NCBI GenBank assembly: GCA_965223545.1 | Contig: OZ245006.1 | Span: 1,856,001 to 1,920,000 of the forward strand | Reading direction: 5' to 3' | Length of the DNA: 64,000 nt | From: Planctomycetota bacterium | GTDB lineage: Bacteria; Planctomycetota; UBA1135; UBA2386 | Part shown: positions 18,167 through 27,992 of the stretch, piece by piece | How positions within the stretch are numbered: position 1 is the stretch's first letter | Layout of the letters: each line of letters opens with the position of its first letter | Position numbers and translations under genes: made by a program | The notes under the pieces: generated by a model | What the model was told of the DNA's origin: nothing | The model's database searches: none | The model's input: the letters and a program-made list of their open reading frames with translations, nothing else

Positions 18167-19288
18167 ATGCTGATGCGCACAACGCTCACGGCGACCGCCC
18201 TGGCCGCGACCATGGTCGCGCAAGGGCCGGCGTTCCAATGCAGCTCCAGGGTGCACTACTCCGCACTTTGGCAGCACCTCCACGCGCGCTACGACGCCGA
18301 CGGCGATGGCCGCATCAGCCGCGACGAGTACCCGCGCGGCGATGTGCGGTTCGCCAACTTCGACCGCAACGGGGACGGCGTGCTGAACGTCACCGACTTC
18401 CCGGCCGACCGGCAGTTCAACGCGTTCAGCCCATCGCTGGCGCGCATGGCGGACGCCGACGGGGACAATGCGGTCTCGCGGGGCGAGTGGTCGACGTTCT
18501 GCGACGCGATCGACGGCGACAGCGACGGCGAACCCGACCGGACCGGCCTGGCGGCGACGCTGCGCGGTTGGCCGCTGGACAGCGACAAGGACTGGAACCT
18601 CTTCCTGCTGGCGTTCGACCAGGACGAGAATGGCCGCTTCACCGCAGAGGATCTCGGCCACCTCTTCCACGACCTGGACGCCGACGGCGACGGCACCGTG
18701 GCCGAGGCCGAGATGCAACGGCACCGGCGGACGATGCAGCGGCCCGATGCACCGCTGCCGGCGGTTGGTGAGCCGGCGCCCGACTTCGAGCTGCCGATCG
18801 CCGGCGATCCGGCAAACACGGTCTCCCTGTCGAGCTTCGAGGGCGACCGCCCGGTCGCCTTGCTCTTCGGCTCCTACACTTGACCCCCGTTCCGCGAGTC
18901 AGCCGGTCGGCTGGCGCAGCTGCACGAGACCTACGGCGATCGCGTCGCGTTCTTGCTGGTCTACATTCGCGAAGCGCATGCCATCGACAGCGAGCTGCCG
19001 ATGGAGTTCGGCATGATCGAGGACCCGGTGACCGACCGCGGGCGGCACGCGCTGGCCGAACGCTGCACGACCGAACTCGGTCTGACCATGCCAGCGCTGG
19101 TCGACGGCATCGACGACGCGGTCAACCGCCGCTGGCACGCCTGGCCCGAGCGGCTCTACCTGATCAACGCAGACGGAACGGTCGCCTACGCCGGCGGGCC
19201 GGGTCCGTTCGAGTTCCACCCCGACGAGCTGGAGACCGCGATCCGCGCCGTGTTGGACCCGGAAGGCGCACCGAGCACCGGCGGCTGA
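18167..19288 (+). CDS. Secreted EF-hand / iodothyronine-deiodinase-like selenoprotein (Sec = TGA 18881-18883, residue 239 of 373)
   Basis: In-frame TGA in FGSYT*PPF; frame continues without stop to 19288 through VYIREAH, AWPERLYLI, YAGGPGPF; six DxDxDG-type loops. Confidence 0.9.
18894..18917 (+). promoter_or_regulatory. Putative bacterial SECIS hairpin
   Basis: GTCAGCC-GGTC-GGCTGGC stem-loop (18898-18915), G-initiated apical loop about 21 nt after the UGA. Confidence 0.7.
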
Positions 19289-19296
19289 TCCCGGCC

Positions 19297-21513
19297 CTAC
19301 CAGCCGAGATCGAGCCGCAGGGCGTGGCTGAGATCCCAGCGCGCCGCGGCGCCCGGGTCTTGGATCGCGGCCTGCGCGAAGACCGAAACCCCGGCCAACG
19401 CCGGCAGACTCGGCAACGGCAACGGAAACGAAGCCCCGCCCCCGGTTCCGGTCCCCGACAGAAAGCTCGCCGCCAGAGGCAGAACCGCGAGCTGGCCGCA
19501 CGCGAAGGTGGCCCGATTGCCGACCGCGCTGAGCAACAGCACCGCCGGTTGCCGGATCAGGCCGCTGCGCACCTCGAGCTCGTAGCTGCGACTCCCCAAC
19601 ACGGGCTCGCCGAAGCTGAGCAGAGCGGCGCTGCAACCGGCGGGCACGTAGCTCGCCGCGGCTGGCCGGTCCAGGAGCGAGAACAGGTCGGCCGTCGGCC
19701 GCGCCGCGTCGGGGCCGCCGCCGTAGACCAGGACTTGGCCGCGCCGAGCGTCGTGCACCATGGCGTGTCCCCCGCGCGGCGTCGCCAGCGGCGCCGCCCG
19801 CGTCCACGAAGCGCCGCCGAACTCCCAGGCGTCGGCGAGAGCGACGCCACCCGCGCGCCCTCCGACCAGCAGAACACGCCCGGTGCCGGGGTCGAACGCC
19901 ATCGCGTGGCCACTGCGCGCGGGCGGACTGCCGGCGACCGCGATTCCCCGCCACGCGACTCCATCCCACTCGAGAGTATCCGCGCGTTCGAACCCGGCGG
20001 CATCGATGCCACCGAACAGAACAACCCGCGCGCGGGACGGATCATACGCGACCGCATGTCCCCGGCGCGCTGGCATGCTCGCCGGCGCGACGGACCAAGC
20101 CGTGCCGTCGTACGACCAGGTGTCGCCCAACACCCCGCCCGAGCTCTCGCCTCCGGCCAGCAAGACACGGCCGCGGGCGGCGTCGTAGACCATCGCCGCG
20201 CCATGCCGCGCGGCGGGCGCGGACGCGGCACTCTGCTGCCACGCCACTCCGTCCCACTCCCAGGTGTCGGCCAGCGCCGCCCCGCTGGGGAGCCGACCGC
20301 CGAAGAGCACGGCGCGACCGCGCCGTGCGTCGAATGCCAGCGCACTGCCCCGTCGCGCCGACGGGCCGGACGGTGTCGCACGCCACGCGGCACCGTTCCA
20401 CAGCCATGCGACCGCCTGCTCGGGCCGCCCGTTGCCGCCGCCCACCAGCAGGGTCTCACCGCGCTTGGCATCGAAAAGCATGGCGTGCCCGTCGCGAACG
20501 TTGGGCGTGAAATCGCGTGGCGCGAAGCCGCTGCCGTCGCCCACCCAAGTGTGCGCGGCATGCACCGGCTGCACCTTGTGCACCGTGCTCGTGCCGCCAT
20601 GTATCACGACGCGCCGCAGATCGGCGTCGTAGAAGCCAACGTGGTCGACCAACGCGAAGCCCGTGCCGATTGCCGGTTGCCAAGTGGCGCCGTCCCATTC
20701 CCAAGCATCGGCGAGACCCGTCGAGCCCGCGCGGCCGCCGACCATCAGCGTGCGCCCCCGACCCGGGTCATGGACCAGAACGTGGCCACAGCGGCCGGCC
20801 GGCGCCCCCTGCCCCATCGCCTGCCACTGCTGCCCATCGAACTCCCACGTGTCCGCGAAGAACGAGGTGCTCTGACCGGTCGCGCAACCGCCGAACAGTA
20901 CGAGTCGCCCGCGGGCTCGATCGAGCACCATCGCTGCATCGGTCCTCGGCGGCGGAGCAACGGGCGTCGTCAATCGGGCCCACTGCGCACCGTCCCACAA
21001 CCACGTGTCCCCGAGCTCTCCCAGCCAACCGCGACCGCCGAACAGCAACACGCCCCTGCCGAGCGGATCGGCGGCCATCGCATGCCCCGCGCGCGACGGC
21101 GGCCGCACGCCCGGACCGTGGACGCGCCACGCGCCATCGGTGCATTCCCACGTATCGTCGAGCAAGAGCTGTCCGTCACTGCCGCCGAACACGACAACAC
21201 TCCTGCGGGCCGCGTCCCAGGCCGCGCCCGCACCAACGCGCGGCGGCGGTTCCACGAACGCGCCCGGCCCCGAGGCACGCCATGCGTCGCCGTTCCACTC
21301 CACGGCTCCGGCGACGGCGGAAGCAAAGCCGGGCGCCGCCCCACCGACCATGACACCTCGGCCTCTCGCGACGTCGAACGCCGCACACGCTCCGGCGCGC
21401 AGCACTGGCTGTTGCAGGGCCTTCCACCGCGCCGACTGACCGGCGGCAAGACCGGCGAGGACGCACACACCGACCGCGACCAACACGCTCTGCTCTCGCT
21501 TCGGTTCACTCAT
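19297..21513 (-). CDS. Secreted Kelch-repeat protein with shared C-terminal domain
   Basis: About 12 repeats of P.AR.GHAM.YD..RGRVLLFGG...DTWEWDG..W; signal peptide; GGAG upstream of ATG 21513. Confidence 0.88.
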   Translation of the reverse strand: MSEPKREQSVLVAVGVCVLAGLAAGQSARWKALQQPVLRAGACAAFDVARGRGVMVGGAAPGFASAVAGAVEWNGDAWRASGPGAFVEPPPRVGAGAAWDAARRSVVVFGGSDGQLLLDDTWECTDGAWRVHGPGVRPPSRAGHAMAADPLGRGVLLFGGRGWLGELGDTWLWDGAQWARLTTPVAPPPRTDAAMVLDRARGRLVLFGGCATGQSTSFFADTWEFDGQQWQAMGQGAPAGRCGHVLVHDPGRGRTLMVGGRAGSTGLADAWEWDGATWQPAIGTGFALVDHVGFYDADLRRVVIHGGTSTVHKVQPVHAAHTWVGDGSGFAPRDFTPNVRDGHAMLFDAKRGETLLVGGGNGRPEQAVAWLWNGAAWRATPSGPSARRGSALAFDARRGRAVLFGGRLPSGAALADTWEWDGVAWQQSAASAPAARHGAAMVYDAARGRVLLAGGESSGGVLGDTWSYDGTAWSVAPASMPARRGHAVAYDPSRARVVLFGGIDAAGFERADTLEWDGVAWRGIAVAGSPPARSGHAMAFDPGTGRVLLVGGRAGGVALADAWEFGGASWTRAAPLATPRGGHAMVHDARRGQVLVYGGGPDAARPTADLFSLLDRPAAASYVPAGCSAALLSFGEPVLGSRSYELEVRSGLIRQPAVLLLSAVGNRATFACGQLAVLPLAASFLSGTGTGGGASFPLPLPSLPALAGVSVFAQAAIQDPGAAARWDLSHALRLDLGW

Positions 21514-21605
21514 ATCGCTTCTCCAAGTTTCTCCCGCGGAGCGATGCGCCCATGGTATCCGATCACTGCCACCGCCGCTCACCCGACGCCGACGATGCGG
21601 TCCGA

Positions 21606-23024
21606 TCACGGCGAGGCGCCGATGACGATGCCGCGGAAGCTGCCGACTTCGAGCGGCGTCAGCGCGTAGCGGGCGGTCAGGTGCGCGTGCAGCGCCGGCG
21701 CGCGCGCGGCGACGCTGTCCATCGCGCGCCGCGTCATGATCACCGCGAAGCCGCGCCGGGTCAGCTCGCGATGCATCGCATCACAGGCCGACGGCAGCCC
21801 AGCGACCGATGTCACGCCACTGTACAGCTCCTCGACGCGCATCACCGGCGCACCGGCATCGGCGCGCAGGATCGGATCGATCTCCGCCCGACCGCTGCCC
21901 AGGAGAATGGCATTGTGCGCGGCGGTCGCCCGCAGCGCGTCGCCGGCGTCGATCGGATCGACGAGCCGGTCGTGCGCCGAGACCAGCAGCACCCCGATGC
22001 CGAGCCCGGCACACGCGGCTGCCGCGACCACCGGTGGCCGCCACCAACGCACGGCCAGCACGGCCCCCGGGAACACCACGGGCATCAGGTAGCCGCCGCG
22101 CTCGTCTTGCACGCCGCGCAGCAACACGTGCGACAGCACGAGGTAGCCCGCCATCAGCACGGCGTACGCCGCCCAGGGCCGCCGCGGCCCGCGCAACAGG
22201 CCGTACAGGCACAGCCCCGAGAGCGGTGCCAGCGGAACCAACCCCTCGTTCCACAGCGTTCGCGGCAGCGACGCAAACGAGCCCACGGTGACGGCGTAGG
22301 ACCACAGCGTGCCGGCACCGAGCGCGTCCGTCTCGGGCCAACCGAGACCGATCCGCACCAGGACCGCGGTGGCCCCATGCGCCAAGACCGTGACCGCGAC
22401 GTATCGCGCGACGCGCGCGGCGCGTTCGTCCCCGTTGCCGGCGGCGAGCACCGCGACCGGCACGATGATCGACAGCAAGTGCCCGCTGGCGTGCACCCCG
22501 GCACCGACCGCCGTCGCGACTCCCAGCGCGGCGGCGCGCGACGCGGATGGCCGCACCCGAAGTCGACAACCGAGCCACCACGCCACCGCGACGCAGCCGA
22601 CGAACACGCCGGGGATCTCGATGATCGTGGCGAAGAACACCACGCTCGGAGTCCAACCGCACAGCAATGCCGCAGCCGCTGCAGAACGCCGCTCCAACCC
22701 CAGGCAACCCGCCGCGCGGTGCGAGGCCGCCACCGACAGCGCCGCGCCCAGCGCACTCACCGCCTGCATCGACCGAAACGTCGACACGCCCAGCGGCTCC
22801 AGCCACCCAGCGACCACGCGATTGAGGGGGACGTAGAGCGCATGCGCGCCGCCCGGATCCGCGCCGGTGGCCACCGCCCGCAGGAACCGATACGCATCCG
22901 AGGTGAAGACCGAGCCGAAGAACACGTCTTGCGCGAGCGCCCAATAGCTGCCCAAAGCGATCGCGACCAAGACCGCGGTATCGCGAAGCGGCAAGCCACT
23001 CCGGTTCGCGTCGGCCGCGGTCAC
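21606..23024 (-). CDS. Multi-pass membrane protein, GT-C/PMT-like
   Basis: About 11 TM; HALY, PSVVFFATIIEI, DERGGYLMP; GTG overlaps ECF stop; paralog at 41881-43296. Confidence 0.65.
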   Translation of the reverse strand: MTAADANRSGLPLRDTAVLVAIALGSYWALAQDVFFGSVFTSDAYRFLRAVATGADPGGAHALYVPLNRVVAGWLEPLGVSTFRSMQAVSALGAALSVAASHRAAGCLGLERRSAAAAALLCGWTPSVVFFATIIEIPGVFVGCVAVAWWLGCRLRVRPSASRAAALGVATAVGAGVHASGHLLSIIVPVAVLAAGNGDERAARVARYVAVTVLAHGATAVLVRIGLGWPETDALGAGTLWSYAVTVGSFASLPRTLWNEGLVPLAPLSGLCLYGLLRGPRRPWAAYAVLMAGYLVLSHVLLRGVQDERGGYLMPVVFPGAVLAVRWWRPPVVAAAACAGLGIGVLLVSAHDRLVDPIDAGDALRATAAHNAILLGSGRAEIDPILRADAGAPVMRVEELYSGVTSVAGLPSACDAMHRELTRRGFAVIMTRRAMDSVAARAPALHAHLTARYALTPLEVGSFRGIVIGASP

Positions 23025-23626
23025 TGCGGTCGCCTGCGCACCCCTGCGTCCGGCTCGTCCGGCTCGCCTTGCTGCATGCGCCGGCGCAACCACGCGCGCG
23101 CCATGCGCAGCTCGCGCACGACGGTGTTGCGGTGCACGCCCAGTTGTTCGGCGATCTCTTGACCGGACATCCCGGCAAAGAAGCACATCTCGACGATCTC
23201 CGCCTGGCGGCGGTCGAGCTGTTCGAGCTCCTCCAACGCCTCGTGCAGATCGAGCACCTCGAGGTCCTCGGCATCACTGGAACTGACTCCGCCGAGGGTG
23301 ATCCTTTGCCACGCGCCGCCGCGCTTGTCGGTGCGGCGCCCGCGGGCGTGGTCCACCAGCATGTGCCGCATCGCCTTGGCCGCGACCGCCAGAAACTCGC
23401 GCCGGCCCCGCCCGAGGGCCGCTTCGCCCTGCGCCAAGCGGACGAACACCTCGTGCACCAAGGCGGTCGGCTGCAGGGTGTGATCGCCGCGTTCGACCCG
23501 CATCAGGTCGTCGGCGACGGCGCGCAGCTCGTCGTAGATCACCGGCATCAGCGCCGAAAAGGGCAGCCGGCCGGCCTCGATGCCGGCCAGCAGCTGGGTC
23601 GGGCAGTCACCGTGGTCGGAGGCCAT
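23021..23626 (-). CDS. ECF sigma factor (TIGR02999-like)
   Basis: IYDELRAVA, HTLQPTALVHEVFVRL, AMRHMLVDHAR..KRGG, IVEMCFFAGMS..EIAEQLGV. Confidence 0.92.
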   Translation of the reverse strand: MASDHGDCPTQLLAGIEAGRLPFSALMPVIYDELRAVADDLMRVERGDHTLQPTALVHEVFVRLAQGEAALGRGRREFLAVAAKAMRHMLVDHARGRRTDKRGGAWQRITLGGVSSSDAEDLEVLDLHEALEELEQLDRRQAEIVEMCFFAGMSGQEIAEQLGVHRNTVVRELRMARAWLRRRMQQGEPDEPDAGVRRRPQ

Positions 23627-23698
23627 GGTCCGATTCTGCCAAAAAAGAGCCGACTTTCGTTGTGCAGAGACGGCGCCCCCACCGCTGCGGGGACAGCC

Positions 23699-23983
23699 AT
23701 GACCAACATCATCGCCCTGCCAGCCACCGTCACGGCGACCCCGCGAGTGCCGCGCGCATCGGTCTCGCACCGCGCCATCGCCGCCGTTTCGGTCCGCGCC
23801 GCACGGAGCTTCGCGCGGGTCGCGGAAGCGCTGTGTGTGCTCGCCATTGTGGCGCCGCTGGCGTGGTATGGCGGTCTCGGCCTCTGGCTCCTCGGCCAAG
23901 AGCTGGCCGATCTCCTGCAACTGCTCGTCGAGGCCCTCTGGACCAGCCTGACGTCGACGACTCGCTTCGCAGGACCGCAATAA
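23699..23983 (+). CDS. Small membrane protein (94 aa)
   Basis: GGGGA 5 nt upstream of ATG; hydrophobic ALCVLAIVAPLAWYGGLGLWLL; fills the gap between ECF and kinase. Confidence 0.55.
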   Translation: MTNIIALPATVTATPRVPRASVSHRAIAAVSVRAARSFARVAEALCVLAIVAPLAWYGGLGLWLLGQELADLLQLLVEALWTSLTSTTRFAGPQ

Positions 23984-24035
23984 GGACGGCGGGGTGGCAG
24001 CCCCGGCCCGCACGGCGGCATGATCGCCCAGGCCC

Positions 24036-27000
24036 ATGGACCAGGACCGCTACCGACGCATCAAGCAGCTGTTCGATGCGGCCTGCGCGCGGCCGGCCTC
24101 GGACCGCGCCGCGTTCTTGGCCGAACAATGCGGTGACGACGCGGCCTTGCGGCGGTCCGTCGAGGAGCTCTTGCAGATCGACGGCACCGACGCCGGGGAC
24201 GCCCTGGACCAGGCGGTTGCACGCACTACCGGCGAAGCGCGCGCCGAGGTGGCCACGATGCCGGGTCAGATCGGTCGCTACCGGGTCGTCGGCGTCTGCG
24301 GCATTGGCGGCATGGGGACGGTGTACGAAGCCGAGCAGGACGCGCCGCGTCGCCGCGTGGCGATCAAGGTGGTACAGCGCGGCATGCCGCACCGTGGCGT
24401 CATCCGCCGCTTCCACCGTGAAGCCGAGATCCTGGGCCGCCTCCAACATCCCGGCATCGCCCAGATCTTCGAGGCCGGTGAGTTCGAGCAAGACGGTCTC
24501 CGCCGGCCGTTCTTCGCCATGGAGTTCGTGCAGGGCCCGTCGGTGCTCGAGTTCGCGCGACGCCACCGGCTGACGCCGGCGGCACGCCAGAGGCTGTTTC
24601 TGCGCATCTGTGACGCGGTGCACTACGCCCACGAGCACGGCGTCGTGCACCGCGACCTGAAGCCCGACAACATCCTCGTCCTCGAGCAGGCCGACCCATC
24701 CGATGGCTCGCGCGCGCCGGATGGCCAACCGATCGTCCTCGACTTCGGTGTCGCCCGACTGGTCGACGGCGAAGCGCACACGCTCGCCACCGGCGAAGGC
24801 CAGCTGATAGGCTCGCTGCCCTACATGAGCCCCGAGCAAGCCGCCGGCGACAACAGCGCCGTCGATGCCCGCAGCGACGTCTACTCGCTTGGCGTGGTGC
24901 TGTTCGAGCTGCTGACCGGGAAACTGCCCTACGACGTGCGCACCGCCCCCCTGGTCGAGGCGTTGCGCATCATCCGCGAGCGCGAGCCGACCCGCTTGGC
25001 CAGCGCGGATCCGCGACTGCGCGGCGATCTCGAGATCATCACCGCCAAGACCCTCGAGAAGGACCCGGCGCGCCGCTACGAGTCGGCACAGGCGCTGGCG
25101 GAGGACCTGCGACGGCACCTCGAACGGCAACCGATCCGAGCGCGCGCACCGAGCACGTGGTACCAGCTGCGCAAGTTCGCGCACCGCAACCGGGCGGTGG
25201 TCGGCGGAGTCGTCGCCAGCTTCCTGGCGTTGGTCGTCGGCCTGATCGTTGCGGTGATCTTCGCGATCCACGCCACCGAGAACGAACAGCGTGCCGTCAG
25301 GAATGCGTACCGCTCGGCCCTTGCCGCCGCCAACGCCCTGCTCCACCGCGACCCGCTCGCCGCGCGCTCGACCCTGGACGATGTGCCGCCACCGCAACGC
25401 GGCTGGGAATGGCGGTATCTCGACAGCCGACTGCGCCCAAAGCTGCTCGAGTTCGGCACTACGACCGGCGACGGCCCGTTGGTGGTCATCGCCGATGGCG
25501 GTCAAGTGCTTGCACCCCGCGACGATCGCCGGCTCAGCCGCTGGGAACTCGCAACCGGCGCCGAGCTCGGTTCGCGGACCGCGCCGGGAGTGGTGCAGCG
25601 GTGGGGGGCCAGCCCCGACGGAGACCGCGTGGCCGCGGCACTGCAGGACGGCTCCGTGGTTGTCAGCGAAGGCGAAGATGACTCCGCCTGGCAGCAGTGG
25701 CTTCGCTGCGAGGCCCCCGTCGATCAGCTCGTGTTCTCGCCCGACGGCTCGACTCTGGCGGTCTTGGAGCACGACAGGCTGTGGCTGGGCAACCGCGACC
25801 GGAACTTCACGCAAGCCGCCCTGCCCAAACGCCGCTTCCCATTGCGGGCAGCCTTTGACCCGACCGGCACGCGTTTGATCGTGTTGACCAACGGCCGTTC
25901 CTCGATGTTCCACACCACCGATCTCACTCGACTGGCGACGAGGTACGAACCCGACGGACCGCGCTCGGTGACGTTCTCCCCCGACGGGACGCGCATCGTG
26001 ATCGGCACGACCCAGCGAACGATCCGCAGCCTCGATGGGCGCGATCTGCAGCGGCGCCAGCTCCTCGCCGGCCACAGCCGACCGGTCATCGACCTCGCCT
26101 CGGCGGCCGACGGCCGACTCCTCTCGGCGTCGACGGACGGCACGATCAGGGTGTGGACGGACGACGAGGCAACGTCGGTTCTGCCGGCACCGGGCGTGCT
26201 CCGCGCGACGTTCGCGACCGCAGACCGGATCGTCTCGTCCAACGGAAAACAGCTGAGCTTGTGGACTTTGGCGACCGACGAGCGGCGCACGCTGCGCGGG
26301 CATGGCGGGTATGTGTACGAACTCGCGTTCTCGGGCGACGGCAGCCTGCTGGCCTCGCACGCGCCATTCCGCAAGGAGCTGATGCTGTGGGACACGGCAT
26401 CGGGCCGTTTGTTGGCACAACACGCCACTGACCTCCAGCACATCGACAGTTTGTTCTTCGAAGAGGGCGGCGGCCTTCGGCTCGGCTTGAGTCCGCGCAA
26501 CTTCACTCAACCGTGGCACGGGGGGGTCGCCGTCGAGCAGCCACGGCCCGCATCGATCACCCACGGTTGGTTCGCCCGACACGACGTCTTCACCACCGCT
26601 GAGACCAGCCTGCCGTGGCCTACGCCCCACGCGGTGCACTCGTTTCGCATCGAGCACGGAGTCCACGCGGACGGCACGCCGGCGCGCGTCTTCGTCGACG
26701 GTTCGGCACGCACCACCGAGCCTCGAAACCTCTCGTATTCCCCCCGACCTGCCGAACGACCGGTTCTTCTGGTCGGCAGCGGGGGCCCCCACCCGGCGCC
26801 GATGCTCGGCTGGATCGGTGACCTGATCGTGATCGACGACTGGCTGACCGAAGACGACGCGGCCACGGTGGAGGCCTATCTGCGACAGCGGCGCAGCGGA
26901 GCGGACGTCGCGTTGCCGCCGCTCGCCGACGCCGAAGTCATCGCCCACTTTCGCGCGGATGACGAGACGGTGGCGACGCTCGACGACGGCGACACTCCCA

Positions 27001-27974
27001 CGACCTCGGTGCACACCTGGCGCGCCACCAACGATCCCCGCCTGGTGCTGTTGGCCACCGGCGATCCACCGCGCTCGATCCGGTTCCTCGACGCGAGTGA
27101 TTCCCTCCCCCAACGCGTCGAGTTCTCCAATCTCCACAGCCATGCGCGCTGGCTCGAAACCCCACTGCCAGCTGCTGCCGGCCGACCGCGCATCACCGTC
27201 TGCTGGCAAGGCCAGCACACGGACTCGTGGCTCAGCCCGCGCTCGACGACGTACGCGATCCGCGACATGTGCGTGCATTCCAATGGCTGGCAGAACGCCT
27301 CGACTCGCCGGATCAGCATGGGTCGATCGCGCAGCGCCGATGGCCGCTTCATCGCGCAGAGCACGACCAAGTGGCCCCGCACGGCACGGCTGCGCGACGC
27401 TCGCACCGGCGCGCTGCTGGCCGACTACCGCACCGACGAGACACGCTACTACGGCGTTGCCCTCGCTCCCCAAGGCGACGTCCTGGCCTGTGGCGGTGCC
27501 AATGGCAGACTCGACATCTGGGACACGAGCACCCACCAGCGGCGGGCATCGATTGCGGCCCACGACGGCCCGGTCTACGCCGTCGACTGGTCACCCGACG
27601 GCAGCCGGATCGCCACCGGCGGCAACGACACGTCGATCCGGATCTGGGACGCGACGACCCTGGAGCCGCTGCTCGACTTGCGCGATCACGACCTCTACGT
27701 CAAGGCCGTCGCCTTCAGCCCCGACGGCTCCATGCTGGCATCCGCCTCCGGCGACGGAACCGTGCGCCTCTGGGACTCGGTGCCCGCAACCGTGCGTTAC
27801 GACAAGGTGCGCGCCGCGCTGCCGCTGGAGGCGGAGGTCGCGCCGCGAGTGCGCGCCTGGATCGCGGAACTCGGCAAACACGAGGCGATCGCGATGGCGA
27901 TCGACGAACACTACGCCGGCGATGCGGCGCGGCGGCAAGCAGCCCTGACGGTGCTGGCCTTGAGTCGGCGTTGA
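24036..27974 (+). CDS. Ser/Thr kinase with TM, WD40 repeats and LamG-like insert
   Basis: GIGGMGTVY, HRDLKPDN, DFG, YMSPEQ; RGWEWRYL; GH...FSPDG..LASAS.DGTVRLWD repeats. Confidence 0.93.
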   Translation: MDQDRYRRIKQLFDAACARPASDRAAFLAEQCGDDAALRRSVEELLQIDGTDAGDALDQAVARTTGEARAEVATMPGQIGRYRVVGVCGIGGMGTVYEAEQDAPRRRVAIKVVQRGMPHRGVIRRFHREAEILGRLQHPGIAQIFEAGEFEQDGLRRPFFAMEFVQGPSVLEFARRHRLTPAARQRLFLRICDAVHYAHEHGVVHRDLKPDNILVLEQADPSDGSRAPDGQPIVLDFGVARLVDGEAHTLATGEGQLIGSLPYMSPEQAAGDNSAVDARSDVYSLGVVLFELLTGKLPYDVRTAPLVEALRIIREREPTRLASADPRLRGDLEIITAKTLEKDPARRYESAQALAEDLRRHLERQPIRARAPSTWYQLRKFAHRNRAVVGGVVASFLALVVGLIVAVIFAIHATENEQRAVRNAYRSALAAANALLHRDPLAARSTLDDVPPPQRGWEWRYLDSRLRPKLLEFGTTTGDGPLVVIADGGQVLAPRDDRRLSRWELATGAELGSRTAPGVVQRWGASPDGDRVAAALQDGSVVVSEGEDDSAWQQWLRCEAPVDQLVFSPDGSTLAVLEHDRLWLGNRDRNFTQAALPKRRFPLRAAFDPTGTRLIVLTNGRSSMFHTTDLTRLATRYEPDGPRSVTFSPDGTRIVIGTTQRTIRSLDGRDLQRRQLLAGHSRPVIDLASAADGRLLSASTDGTIRVWTDDEATSVLPAPGVLRATFATADRIVSSNGKQLSLWTLATDERRTLRGHGGYVYELAFSGDGSLLASHAPFRKELMLWDTASGRLLAQHATDLQHIDSLFFEEGGGLRLGLSPRNFTQPWHGGVAVEQPRPASITHGWFARHDVFTTAETSLPWPTPHAVHSFRIEHGVHADGTPARVFVDGSARTTEPRNLSYSPRPAERPVLLVGSGGPHPAPMLGWIGDLIVIDDWLTEDDAATVEAYLRQRRSGADVALPPLADAEVIAHFRADDETVATLDDGDTPTTSVHTWRATNDPRLVLLATGDPPRSIRFLDASDSLPQRVEFSNLHSHARWLETPLPAAAGRPRITVCWQGQHTDSWLSPRSTTYAIRDMCVHSNGWQNASTRRISMGRSRSADGRFIAQSTTKWPRTARLRDARTGALLADYRTDETRYYGVALAPQGDVLACGGANGRLDIWDTSTHQRRASIAAHDGPVYAVDWSPDGSRIATGGNDTSIRIWDATTLEPLLDLRDHDLYVKAVAFSPDGSMLASASGDGTVRLWDSVPATVRYDKVRAALPLEAEVAPRVRAWIAELGKHEAIAMAIDEHYAGDAARRQAALTVLALSRR

Positions 27975-27992
27975 GTTGCGCGTGGCTGGCCA

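Noticed and set aside
18953..19288. Separate 111-aa ORF
   Set aside because: In frame with the upstream ORF and begins mid-domain; it is the C-terminal part of the selenoprotein
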